Position numbers and translations under genes: made by a program. Under the pieces are notes generated by a model. That model was given only the letters and a program-made list of their open reading frames with translations. It was not told the DNA's origin and searched no databases. A stretch of DNA of 64,000 nt, taken from the NCBI GenBank assembly GCA_002269645.1, contig NIVC01003601.1:24606-88605 (forward strand). The letters are read 5' to 3'. Below are positions 26,432 through 38,300 of this stretch, in pieces. The stretch is from Macrostomum lignano. Its lineage: Eukaryota. Each line of letters opens with the position of its first letter. The first letter of the stretch is position 1.

Positions 26432-26683
26432 AGGGGGCTGTGGTTAGAGCGTCGGACTCACGACTTGAAGGTTGGGGGTTCGATTCCCGATCCTACTGGA
26501 ATAATTTGTGTCATTGAGCTTCTGTTCACCCAGCTGTAAAATGGGTGCCAGCATTTAGCTGGGGTGATTGAGGGTGTGTGGCGACCCCCCCCCCCAGTCC
26601 TTGGACTGAACAGCCGTACGCAGCCTTCAGGTGCGCCGCGCAATAGTCCATTAGGGCAGGTGTAATCTGTTATTATTATTATC
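26432..26683 (+). mobile_element. tRNA-derived CORE-type SINE (copy 2, internal deletion in CORE)
   Basis: A box TGGTTAGAGC, B box GGTTCGATTCC, CCCAGCTGTAAAATGGGT, (ATT)n tail; reverse-complement homologue of 25701-26013; TCACAGGG on both flanks may be a TSD. Confidence 0.75.
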
Positions 26684-26968
26684 ACAGGGGATGCTGATAT
26701 CTTAGACTAGATAACTGACTTTCAGGGCTTGATGCTTCTTGTTTTAAATATATATATATAGATCATTGGGCTTTGTTGAAGAGTTGTTACTCCAGCTCTT
26801 GCCTTCTAAGTCTCCTTGCGCAATCTCTTACATCATTAATGATTAATTAAGGAGTAGAACTGATCAGGCACTAGGAGATTTCTTTTTAAGTCTCCATTCC
26901 GCTCTGCATAAAATAAACAGCGCAACTCCCAATACGAGAAAGCAGCTTCTAGTCTACACGCAGACAAA

Positions 26969-27383
26969 ATGGACGTTGAGCTTGGACATCGTCCAACAAT
27001 ATTCGAGCCGGGCACTTATCCTCGGCACTACTTCAAGCCCAGTCGGCTATCCGACTATGTTCGAGACGAGCCAGTGCTCTATTCGCACCAGGTGTTCTTG
27101 CACGCCTCCAGACTAATGAGAGCCATGGCTGGCGGTGGCGGCGCTGGAGGTGGCGGCGCCGGTTCGAGACCGGTTTCTACTAATCCGCTGGCGGCGCCGC
27201 AGAACACGATGGTCCGAGGGGCGAGCGGGACCAGCCCCTATCCTGGCAACGTGCCAGATCCCTACAGCCGACATGCGCACAGCCAGCGAGACAAAATAAT
27301 GGCCGGCGCAATGGACCAAATTCAGTTTGAGGATAAACGAGAGAAAAAGCTCACTTATACTCTGGCCCTGGAGACTATAAAAT
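26969..27383 (+). CDS. NSUN7: NSUN7-like exon 1
   Basis: ATG 26969; donor AAAT|GTGAGA, phase 1. Confidence 0.8.
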
Positions 27384-30300
27384 GTGAGAAACGTTGATAA
27401 CTATTAAAGAGCCGATATGTTTCGAAAGTACTTAAAATTAAATAGCCAAAATACATTCAAATTACTGAAAGTTTTGGGGCCGATATGTATCGAAATTATC
27501 GTAAAATGTATCGAAACATTAAAAATTAGGGCCCATATACATAGAGTGTAGCTTTTATTAGAATTTCGACAGAATCCACGGAAACGCTGATGAAAGAGGA
27601 TATCTATTGAAAATATATGTAGAGTTCAGATGAAAAAAATTTAAATTTTATTACAATCCATGCAACAAATTTATATAAAGAATCAGAAAGAAAAACTTAT
27701 AGAAGCCGATATGTATCGAAACAAATGTAACGCCGGATGTTAAAAAATCCATTCCAATTACAGTGAGTTCAGTGCTAGACAAACTGTTGGATTCGGTCAC
27801 ATTCTTTGTCAACTTTCCAGAGGTATGTCTGTATAAAATAGTCTGATTTTGCTTACCTAATTAATACCTAACGAATGCAGACACTTCGGGGACGGATTTG
27901 AAGGCGTCCAGTATTTTCGTCCGTTTTTTAAAAGCATAAGATTTTAATAAGCAAACTTATTTTTAAGGGAATATTAAATGCAGCGTATAAAAATCAATTA
28001 ATTCACTAGTGCAAAGACAAATTTGTGCGCAAATTATAATTTGGTTGCTTGCTACTAACAGTAAAACTGATATGCGATTTGCTATTAAAAACGACATGGA
28101 AGTTACACGGAATGTATAAATTAACAAAATGGGATAACTAAAAGTTTAATTGTCTAGAATTGGTTTTCAGTGTGAAAATCTTGGAGTGATTCTCATGTGT
28201 GACAATCTTGGAGTGATTCTCAGTATGACAATCCCTGGAGTGATTCTCATGTCTGACAATCTGGGAGTGATTCTTATGTGTGAGAATGTCGGAGTGATTC
28301 TCAGTGTGACAATCTTGGAGTGATTCTCAAGTTGACGATCATGGTCTGATTCTTAGTGTGACAATCTTGGAGTGATTCTCAGTCTGACAATCTTGGAGTG
28401 ATACTTATGTATGAGAATGTTGGAGTGATTCTCAGTGTGACAATCTTGGAGTGATACTTATGTATGAGAATGTTGGAGTGATTCTCAGTGTGACAATCTT
28501 GGAGTGATTCTCAAGTTGACGATCATGGTCTGATTCTTAGTGTGACAATCTTGGAGTGATTCTTATGTGTGAGAATGTCGGAGTGATTCTCAGTGTGACA
28601 ATCTTGGAGTGATTTTCAAGTTGACGATCATGGTCTGATTCTTAGTGTGACAATCTTGGAGTGATTCTCAGTCTGACAATCTTGGAGTGATACTTATGTA
28701 TGAGAATGTTGGAGTGATTCTCAGTGTGACAATCTTGGAGTGATTCTCAAGTTGACGATCATGGTCTGATTCTTAGTGTGACAATCTTGGAGTGATTCTT
28801 ATGTGTGACAATGTCGGAGTGATTCTCAGTGTGATAATGTTGGAGCAATTACTAGATTCACAGCTGTCATAAAACTGTCAATCATAACCTAGACGCCCTT
28901 GCCTGCCCGCAGCTGGCAGCCGACAAGGAACTTGTGCACATCATCGCTTGCGATTTCATATCTCGCAAATTTCAAAAGCGCAAGCCCCTACCAGGAGAAG
29001 AGCTGGACCAGCGCTGCCAAGAGATCGAACGCAGCCTGCAGGAGATTATGATTAAATTGCAAGCGGCATTGGCTAAGATTCGAATCAAGCTAGGAGTGAG
29101 CAGCATCAGTCAAATGTTATCAACCGAGTGCAACAGAACCGAACAGATGGCCTCGAAGATACCCGTGTACGCTTGGGTCAATCAGCTCAAGATGCAGCAA
29201 TTCGAAGTGCTGGATAAGTTGCAGCGCCAAGGACTGCAGTTTGTGCGCAAAAATAAGAATTTGGAGATGAAAGAATTTGGACTGTGCCGACAGTGCCCAG
29301 ATCTGATTATCTTTGCCTCCGGTTTGAGAGAAATGGTCGAGAGGATGCAACTGGTGGCAGATAATGTGCTCATTGTTCAGGTGCTTTAAATAGCTAAATA
29401 AAAACTGTTTTCTGGTTAGCAGACTTGATGGAAAGGGTAGCAGTGGAGGAATAGTGGTTAAGGTAGCAGTGGGGGAATGGGGGTTGGGGTAGGAGTAGGG
29501 GAATGGGGGTTGGGTTAGCAATGGAGGAATGAGGGTTGGGGTAGGAGTAGGGGAATGGGGGTTGGGTTAGCAATGGAGGAATGAGGGTTGGGGTAGGAGT
29601 AGGGAATGGGGGTTGGGTTAGCAATGGAGGAATGAGGGTTGGGGTAGGAGTAGGGAATGGGGGTTGGGTTAGCAATGGAGGAATGAGGGTTGGGGTAGCA
29701 GTGGAGGAATAGGGGTTAAGGTAGCAGTGGGGGAATGGGGGTTGGGGTAGCAGTGGGGGATGGGGGTTGAGGTAGCAATGGCTGAATGAGGGTTGGGGTA
29801 GGAGTAGGGGAATGGGGGTTGGGTTAGCAATGGAGGAATGAGGGTTGGGGTAGGAGTAGGGGAATGGGGGTTGGGTTAGCAATGGAGGAATGAGGGTTGG
29901 GGTAGGAGTAGGGGAATGGGGGTTGGGTTAGCAATGGAGGAATGAGGGTTGGGGTAGGAGTAGGGAATGGGGGTTGGGTTAGCAATGGAGGAATGAGGGT
30001 TGGGGTAGCAGTGGAGGAATAGGGGTTAAGGTAGCAGTGGGGGAATGGGGGTTGGGGTAGCAGTGGAGGAATAGGGGTTAAGATAGCAGTGGGGGAATGG
30101 GGGTTGGGGTAGCAGTGGGAGGATGGAAGAGGTGGTAGTGAAAGAAAGGAGCAAAGGTGGTAGAGAAAAAGTATATATTACTTAAATATAACATAAGAAA
30201 AAATTACCTCCTAACAAATCTCCCTAAAAGGACAAGACAACAAGCTTAGCAGTTCACAGTCTCGTAAAAAATGTATTCGATGACGAAGAAGTACTGATCG

Positions 30301-33300
30301 TGAATCCTAGCTCTGTGTGGACAGCAATTCACGTTGAGAATCTGTTGAAGATGCGCAACTACAAGTCTCCAGTAGTCAAGGTGTTTAAAAAATGCACGCC
30401 AGATCAACTAGAAGAGGTTCAGCAGGCGCTCTTAAGCTCGGGATCCGACAGTGAGTAATTCCACAGCATTAACCATGGTTTTTTTAATTCATCAGCCCTA
30501 CAATCCTTAAATCATCAACCCCACAATCCCTGAATCGTCAACTCTACAATCCCTAAATCATCAACCCTAAAATTCTAGATCATCAATCCTACAATCCTTA
30601 AATCATCAACCCCACAATCCCTGAATCGTCAACTCTACAATCCTAGATCATCAACCCTACAATCCTTAAATCATCAACCCTAAAATCCTAGATCATCAAT
30701 CCTACGAGCTACAATCCTTAAATCATCAACCCCACAATCCCTGAATCGTCAACTCTAGAATCCTTAAATCATCAACCCTAAAATCCTAGATCATCAATCC
30801 TACAATCCTTAAATCATCAACCCCACAATCCCTGAATCGTCAACTCTACAATCCCTAAATCATCAACTCTAAAATCCTAGATCATCAATCCTACAATCCT
30901 TAAATCATCAACCCCAAAATCCCTGAATCGTCAACTCTACAATCCCTAAATCACCAACTCTACAATCCCTAAATCATCAACCCTAAAATCCTAGATCATC
31001 AATCCTACAATCCTTAAATCATCAACCCTACAATCCTTAAATCATCAGCCCACAATCAAAGTAAATCATCAACCCTACAAGCTCTAAATCATCAATCTTG
31101 CAATCCCTAAATCATCAGCAATACAATCTCTAAATCATGAACACCATAGAGTCCGAAATCACTCAAGGCTCATTAGATATACACAGCCATCAAATCAGGC
31201 CAGTTTTTAGATATCTGGCCTGATATGCCCAATAAAATTTATTTTATAACAGCCATTTGATTCTATAGATCAACTGATGGCAGTGAACGAGCCGTTAAAT
31301 AAAACTGAAGTACTATTTGAATCGACACCTGATTACCTAAACAGTATTTACCTGCTTTACTGCTTTATTCATTCCATCTCCCAGGAATTCAATTCTACAA
31401 CGAGAACATCACAAGCATCCCAATCATGGAGGACAAACTCAAGCACGTTCGTCACGCCCTGGTCGAGGCCAAGTGCTCCAGATCCGGGATCATTAATCCC
31501 ATAGACTACCTGGTGAACGAAGGCGGCGATATCGAACTGATACTCGACTACACCAAACGACTGTTGCAAGACAGCAAACCGACAAACTATTTGCAATTGA
31601 AATTTCAAACTTTGCAAACGCTTAAGCACGTGCTTGGATGTGAGTTGGCTTTTATTGAATGTGCTGGTAAACATAGATGCAAGAGAAAACATGTGGCAAG
31701 GTAGGAAGGACACCAAAGTTTGATAAAGGAGATTGAAGTTTGGTATTAGGGATTCTAACGCTGGATCCCGGGATCTCGAAACTCCGAAATCCGGTACAAT
31801 CCCAGGACTGGAACACCCAGGTGAGATGGGAAACCGAAGAGTGACGTGAGTTAAAAGATCGACAGATAAGATCGGAAACAGAAAAGTGAGATACAATTCA
31901 ATACGAACTTAGATGATGCTATGGTGTCTTCAAAATTTACGTTGCACTAAAGCGAAATGCTTCGAAGCCTAAAGAGATTTTGATTTGTGATTCTTAAACC
32001 ACGCAGCTGGTAGACTCCGATCGGCAGTGTACCTAACCAGATCGATATACGACGAAGAAAACGAACACATCGTAGACATCGCTCTGGACGCCATGAATCG
32101 ACTTCACGTCCGCGATCGCAAAGATCCATTCGACGTGGCGCCAACTAACTTGGCCATCTCCGGACAAGATATTGACGACAAGGACGTCATCAACGGGCAC
32201 TATATCAAGATACCGCCATCCGGGAATAGCAACGGCTGCTTTGTGGCTCTCATTATCCGACAGGTGAGCAGGGAGATATAATAAGATTAGGAAGTTCATG
32301 AAGGGCTGGAGTTTAGCTACAATACAGTCTATCTGCTGATAATAACGTCAATCAACACTGTCTCTCTTCTCGTAAACAGCCGCGCGAACAAGCGGAGATG
32401 GCAGGCATTCTGAATCGTTGCAAAGAGAAAGGCCTAGTTGACTACACCGAGACCGAAGACAACAGGCTGCCGAAGAGCAAGAAAAAGGGCAAGAAAGGTC
32501 GGGAAAGCATTTTTTAAGTGTTGTTCTATCTCAAAATGAACTATAAATTTTATTTTTAATATTGCTCATCATTTCCTAATAATAGATAACTCATTCGAAC
32601 ACAGTGATTTAATATTTATGCTCAGTCACCCGTTGATTTAATCCTTATCATTAAATGCTTAAATAGATGTTACACTTATGTTGAGAATTACACAAGTCAA
32701 CAGACCACTATTAACAGTACTGAGATTAGAATTTTTTAAATCCCATGCAGGGTGTCTTCATTGAATCTCTCTGCTGCAACCCCCCCCCCACCTCGAAACC
32801 TCCAGGACCTTCGAAAAAACTTCTGAAAAACTCGCAATTACAGTTTTTTTAGAAGCAAAAGTTGATGTCCTTAATTTGTGTACTTTGCAGAGACGTATAT
32901 CAGTCCGATTTGTAGAAGCAAATTAATCTGAAACATTAATGCCATAATTATCAAAATACATTAGCCCGCCAGCAACTCACACCGTCTGCCGGGCATCATT
33001 CATCGCCGGGTAACGCCAGCGACCTCTTAGAGCCGGCCTTCAGCTTTGGCAAAGGCGGCGGCAATACGCCTACACAGCAACAGAGACAGCACCAGCCAGG
33101 ACCCTACGCGGCCATGCAAGCCGCGTCAGCAAATGCTGCTGAATTCACCCATAGTGGAACAGCTGTTGGTAGAAGGAGGCCAAGCATTGTTGGCCATGGC
33201 GGTGGTATTGGTTCTGCGCCACTAGCTGCTGGGAAGGTAAACTGAGAACTCTGCATCGGCGAATGCATGCACCAACAGTACTATGGACTTAACAAGACGC

Positions 33301-34395
33301 TTGCGAATGCACAGGAATCACCGTTTAGGCTAGTTAGTAAAAAATTGAGTTTAGAAAACAGAGCCACTGATAAGTGATGAGAGAACTTAGAAAAATAAGG
33401 GTAACTACATGGAGAGAATCGAGGGAAATGAGAGGCTAAATAAGAGAAATACTCGTAAAGAAGAAAAGAAAGGAGACAAAATGAGAAGGGGTGAGGGTAG
33501 AATGGACGAAATGAGAAGGGGGTGAGGGGAGAATGGACGAAATGAGAAGGGGGTGAGGGTAGAATGGACGAAATGAGAAGGAGGTGAGGGGAGAATGGAC
33601 GAAATGAGAAGGGGTGAGGGGAGAATGGACGAAATGAAAAGGGGGTGAGGGGAGAATGGACGAAATAAAAAGGGGGTGAGGGGAGAATGGACGAAATGAG
33701 AAGGGGGTGAAGGGAGAATGGACAAAATGAGAAGCAAGGAGATGCCTGACAGTAAGCTACAGGAAGGTAATAGAACTGCACCTGCATGTTTTGACAATTT
33801 ATAAGCAGTTTTGAGTAAGCATGTTCATCACAGAATTTATCAAATAAGTTTATCAAATAAGTTTATCAAAGTGCTAAAAGTATTCTGATTTATTACATAG
33901 CTACTTGTGTTGACCCAGCAAGAATTATCATGTCGTGAGGTGTCCAAATGCAAAAGATCTGAATTTACATAGTATTTTTCTATTATTAGGTATCACCTAT
34001 GTACCCAATTCTTGCTTTTGAATGATGCACACAAATTTTCTTTATAGCCAGTGCTTACAATACTACTTAATCACTCAAACATTGCATATGATTTTTGAAA
34101 CCTGATTTATTATTTGATAATTAGGCTACTATTGACATCCACTTTGGTAACCTTAACATTCAACCCTAAAACCTAAACAAATGCCATTATGTGTAAAAAA
34201 ATAAAAGTTTTAAATAAAAATCAATTCTAATCAGATTGATAAAAAACTATTGGATTTTCTATCTAATAATAAACTTTGTAATAATTTCAGGAGACAAGAA
34301 GAGAAGAAAGGAGGACAAGTCTGACCCCAAAGCTGAGGGTCACCTTCAATACCAATCAGCTAATGGAGTCCCAACCAATACAACTGAATGATTAA
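26969..34395 (+). CDS. NSUN7: NSUN7-like (NOL1/NOP2/Sun family) putative RNA m5C methyltransferase, join(26969..27383,27764..27822,28913..29380,30231..30450,31385..31639,32007..32263,32380..32497,32965..33236,34291..34395), 2169 nt = 722 aa + stop
   Basis: Translation matches NSUN7 blocks as remembered: YTLALETIK, DFISRKFQKR, KLQAALAKIRIK, KIPVYAWVNQLK, QCPDLIIF, QDKTTSLAVHS, EAKCSRSGIINPIDYLVNE, AVYLTRSIYDEENE, NGCFVALI, ILNRCKEKGLVD. All introns are GT-AG with phases closing. The last two exons are low-complexity and less certain. Confidence 0.85.
27764..27822 (+). CDS. NSUN7: NSUN7-like exon 2 (SSVLDKLLDSVTFFVNFPE)
   Basis: TTACAG| and GAG|GTATGT; phases 1 to 0 fit the neighbouring exons. 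Confidence 0.8.
28175..28845. repeat. 26-bp minisatellite GACAATCTTGGAGTGATTCTCAGTGT (NSUN7 intron 2)
   Basis: Tandem copies with recurring multi-unit variant blocks. Confidence 0.93.
28913..29380 (+). CDS. NSUN7: NSUN7-like exon 3
   Basis: CCGCAG| and CAG|GTGCTT; in frame with ORF 28934. Confidence 0.88.
29430..30125. repeat. 51-52-bp G-rich minisatellite GGGTTGGGGTAGGAGTAGGGGAATGGGGGTTGGGTTAGCAATGGAGGAATGA (NSUN7 intron 3)
   Basis: Tandem copies with multiple G3-G5 runs. Confidence 0.93.
30231..30450 (+). CDS. NSUN7: NSUN7-like exon 4 (DKTTSLAVHS...)
   Basis: CTAAAAG| and A|GTGAGT; open frame. Confidence 0.88.
30490..31135. repeat. ~23-bp minisatellite AAATCATCAACCCTACAATCCTT (NSUN7 intron 4)
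   Basis: Tandem degenerate copies. Confidence 0.92.
31385..31639 (+). CDS. NSUN7: NSUN7-like exon 5 (motif IV EAKCSRSG)
   Basis: CTCCCAG| and T|GTGAGT; in frame with ORF 31426. Confidence 0.88.
32007..32263 (+). CDS. NSUN7: NSUN7-like exon 6 (motif VI VYLTRS)
   Basis: ACGCAG| and CAG|GTGAGC; in frame with ORF 32027. Confidence 0.88.
32380..32497 (+). CDS. NSUN7: NSUN7-like exon 7 (or terminal exon to TAA at 32517)
   Basis: TAAACAG|; encodes PREQAEMAGILNRCKEKGLVD...KKKGKK; weak donor G|GTCGGG. Confidence 0.75.
32965..33236 (+). CDS. NSUN7: NSUN7-like putative exon 8 (low complexity)
   Basis: CATTAG| phase 1, 90 open codons, donor AAG|GTAAAC. Confidence 0.55.
33480..33735. repeat. 30-31-bp purine-rich minisatellite GAGAATGGACGAAATGAGAAGGGGGTGAGGG (NSUN7 intron 8)
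   Basis: ~8 copies. Confidence 0.9.
34291..34395 (+). CDS. NSUN7: NSUN7-like putative last exon (ETRREERRTSLTPKLRVTF...ND-stop)
   Basis: TTTCAG| phase 0; purine-rich coding-like island in an AT-rich background; TAA at 34393-34395. Confidence 0.5.
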   Translation, partial: ETRREERRTSLTPKLRVTFNTNQLMESQPIQLND

Positions 34396-35377
34396 CATTT
34401 TTTTATTCAACAACAATTTTTTTTGCTTTTTTACCCTTATATATGCAGCTTATAATTGAAGTAAAAACACAAACTAAAAATATACTGGCAATTGAAAAGC
34501 TGCCAAACTAGAATATCAATGGTTATAAGCCTAGTTTAAGATAAAAATGAAAGCAAATATATAGTATAGTAACTCTTAGGAGTATTAGCATCCCTCAATC
34601 TAAATCTGTAACTATTATTTGCGAACTAAACAAAATCAAGTATATTTAAATACATGAAATTAAAAGATAAACTTCCTTCATATTTCATTTTAAAATTTCA
34701 ACTATCTATATAACTAAACTTCACTTATTTATACTCTAAATCTAAAAAGGTACTAAACCTAAGTCCTAAGTAAGTTTATTAGTGATATAACTATAGTTTT
34801 ATAAAAAAAACATTTAAATTGACTCTATCTCAATCTCTATGACCCTATCGACTTCTTAAGAATCCCTAATTGCAAATACTAAAATCTTGTTGAGTATACT
34901 GTACTATTATATATACATGGGAAATGAGATGGCCATGGGAAATTATATATACATGATCGATTAAAGATAACGCTTTAGTACTTAGTAGCATCGCATCGCT
35001 CTCATTTATTTTATTTAGCGAAAAAAGTTTTTATTCAAAATCTATGAATGGTAAATTCTGCTTGCATTAAAAAGCTGAACACGTGCAAGCATCTTTTAAC
35101 GTTCTGCATGAATACAAAAATAATTTACACACTAGTCTATTAGGGCCTTTTACTATTTCTTGAGTGAAAATTGTACTTAACTGGTCGCATACACAGGGTA
35201 ATAAAATAAATTTTTGTTTTACTTAAGTAAACCAAAATTAAAAATCGTGCGACGCGTGCTGGCATGAAGTGTTAAATTTAAAGATGCTAATTAAAAACTG
35301 TTATCTTGGAACAAAAATTAAACGAAGCGACAAACTAGACCAAAATCAATAGTTCAAATATTTCCCGAAAAGGGAAA

Positions 35378-38300
35378 TTCTCTCGGCTAGACGGGCCCAA
35401 AGCGCGCTCCCATACAATCAAATGGGAGTGTATCAATTGAAAGCTTTCACGGGTGTTTAATAACAATTTGCAGTAGAAAAATCGACGTTTGTTAATATTA
35501 ATTCGCTTGCATGTAATTTGAAAACAAAATTTACAGGAATGAGGGTTCCTGTGTTCAACGTTCAACAAAAGCTTTTAAGGCATATTTGTTGGTGCTACTG
35601 TGCATTGCTGTGCTGGCCTATGCACTAGACTAAACAAGTGAAGGCTTCGTGTACAAGATAAATGAAAGGAGCTTTTCTTAAATTTCTTGTGCATTATTAT
35701 GTGATTGCTTAAGTAATTTTGTTCTATAGTTTAAAGCCTGTCACGTGTCAGTTAATTAATAATACAGGCATTTGAAATATAAATGTAGGTCTAATATTAT
35801 GAGAAGTAACTTATAAGCTGCTTTTATTCAATAATAAAAAGGCTTCAATTCAATTAAATTTAATTATTTAGCTATAGCCCTATGTTATGTATGTAGGAAA
35901 GCCTATTGAGCACTAAGCCTAGGCCTAGCTTATTGACTTGGTCTTAATGAATAGATTTAGCTAACTTACTAGATAAGAGCCTTAAAATTTTTGTTTTTTC
36001 TATCTATCTACTTTATGTATACCAATAGGCCTAGACTAAATAACAAGCTATAAAACTAAGCCTACAATATTTTATATCAAATACCTGATGTTTGACTTAT
36101 TTTCCTTTCCTTAATTCCCCTCTCCCCTAACCTTGGATTTCCTCCCTCTAACCCTAGCTTCTCTCCCCCTGACCCCTGGCTTCCCTCCTTCCTAATCCTT
36201 GGCTTTACTCCTAACCCTTGGCTTCCCTCCCCTGACCCTGGCTTCCCTTCCCTGATCCTGGCTTCCCTTCCCTGATCCTAGCTTCTCTCCTCCCCTGACC
36301 CTGGCTTCTTTCCTCCCCTGACCCTGGCTTCTCTCCTCCCCTGACCCTGGCTTCCTTCCCCTGACCCTGGCTTCTCTCCCCCTGACCCTGGCTTCCCTCC
36401 TTCCTAATCCTTGGCTTTACTCCTAACCCTTGGCTTCCCTCCCCTGACCCTGGCTTCCCTCCCCTGACCCTGGCTTCCCTCCCCTGACCCTGGCTTCTCT
36501 CCTCCCCTGACCCTGGCTTCTCTCCTCCCCTGACCCTGGCTTCCTTCCCCTGACCCTGGCTTTTCTCCCCTTGACCCTAGCTTTTCTCCACTTGGCCCTG
36601 GCTTCTCTCCCCCTGATCCTAGCTTCCCTCCCCTGATCCTGGCTTCCCTTCCCTGATCCTAGCTTCTCTCCTCCCCTGACCCTGGCTTCTTTCCTCCCCT
36701 GACCCTGGCTTCTCTCCTCCCCTGACCCTGGCTTCCTTCCCCTGACCCTGGCTTCCTTCCCCTGACCCTGGCTTCTCTCCCCCTGACCCTGGCTTCCCTG
36801 CCCTGACCCTGGCTTCCCTCCCCTGATCCTGGCTTCCCTTCCCTGATCCTAGCTTCTCTCCTCCCCTGACCCTGGCTTCTTTCCTCCCCTGACCCTGGCT
36901 TCCTTCCCCTGACCCTGGCTTCCTTCCCCTGACCCTGGCTTCCCTCCCTTGACCCTGGCTTCTCTCCCCCTGACCCTGGCTTCTCTCCCCTGACCCTGGC
37001 TTCTCTCTGCCTGGCCTGGCTTTTCTCCTTATTGACCCTTGAATTCTCTCCCCGTGACCCTGGCTTCCCTGCCCTGACCCTGGCTTCCTTCCCCTGACCC
37101 TGGCTTCTCTCCCCCTGACCCTGGCTTCCCTCCTTCCTAATCCTTGGCTTTACTCCTAACCCTTGGCTTCCCTCCCCTGACCCTGGCTTCCCTCCCCTGA
37201 CCCTGGCTTCCTTCCCCTGACCCTGGCTTCTCTCCCCTTGACCCTGGCTTTTCTCCACTTGGCCCTGGCTTCTCTCCCCCTGACCCTGGCTTCCCTCCCC
37301 TGATCCTGGCTTCCCTCCCCTGACCCTGGCTTCTCTCCCCCGATCCTGGCTTCTCTCCACTTGGCCCTGGCTTCCCTCCCTTGACCCTGGCTTCTCTCCT
37401 CCCCTGATCGTGGCTTCTCTCCCTGACCCTGGCTTCTCTCCCCTGACCCTGGCTTCCCTCCTTCCTAATCCTTGGCTTTACTCCTAACCCTTGGCTTTTC
37501 TCCCCTGACCCTGGCTTCCCTCCCCTGACCCTGGCTTCCCTTCCCTGATCCTGGCTTCTCTCCTCCCCTGACCCTGGCTTCTTTCCTCCCCTGACCCTGG
37601 CTTCTCTCCTCCCCTGACCCTGGCTTCCTTCCCCTGACCCTGGCTTCTCTCCACTTTGCCCTGGCTTCTCTCCCCCTTACCCTAGCTTCCCTCCCCTGAT
37701 CCTGGCTTCCCTCCCCTGACCCTGGCTTCCCTCCCTTGAACCTGGCTTCTCTCCTCCCCTGACCCTGGCTTTTCTCCCCTGACCCTGGCTTCTCTCCCCT
37801 GACCCTGGCTTCTCTCCGCCTGGCCTGGCTTTTCTCCTTATTGACCCTTGGCTTCTCTCCCTGTGACCCTGGCTTCCCTGCCCTGACCCTGGCTTCCCTA
37901 CCCTGACCCTGGCTTCTCTCCCCTTGACCCTGGCTTCCCTCCTTCCTAATCCTTGGCTTTACTCCTAACCCTTGGCTTCCCTCCCCTGACCCTGGCTTCC
38001 CTCCCCTGACCCTGGCTTCCCTTCCCTGATCCTGGCTTCCCTTCCCTGATCCTAGCTTCTCTCCTCCCCTGACCCTGGCTTCTTTCCTCCCCTGACCCTG
38101 GCTTCTCTCCTCCCCTGACCCTGGCTTCCCTCCCCTGACCCTGGCTTCCTTCCCCTGACCCTGGCTTCTCTCCCCTTGACCCTGGCTTTTCTCCACTTGG
38201 CCCTGGCTTCTCTCCCCCTGACCCTGGCTTCCCTCCCCTGATCCTGGCTTCCCTCCCCTGACCCTGGCTTCTCTCCCCCGATCCTGGCTTCTCTCCACTT

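Noticed and set aside
25940-26500. Possible tRNA genes (B boxes, CTCACGA anticodon-like loop)
   Set aside because: Acceptor and D stems are not complete and both heads run into the same CORE body and simple-repeat tail, so these are SINE heads.
17060-28845. Shared GAGAATCAC word between the 14-bp array and the reverse complement of the 26-bp array
   Set aside because: A 9-bp match alone is insufficient to claim common origin.
29430-31135. Telomere-like GGGTTAG / AACCCTAA words
   Set aside because: Isolated hexamers inside longer unrelated units; no (TTAGGG)n tract.
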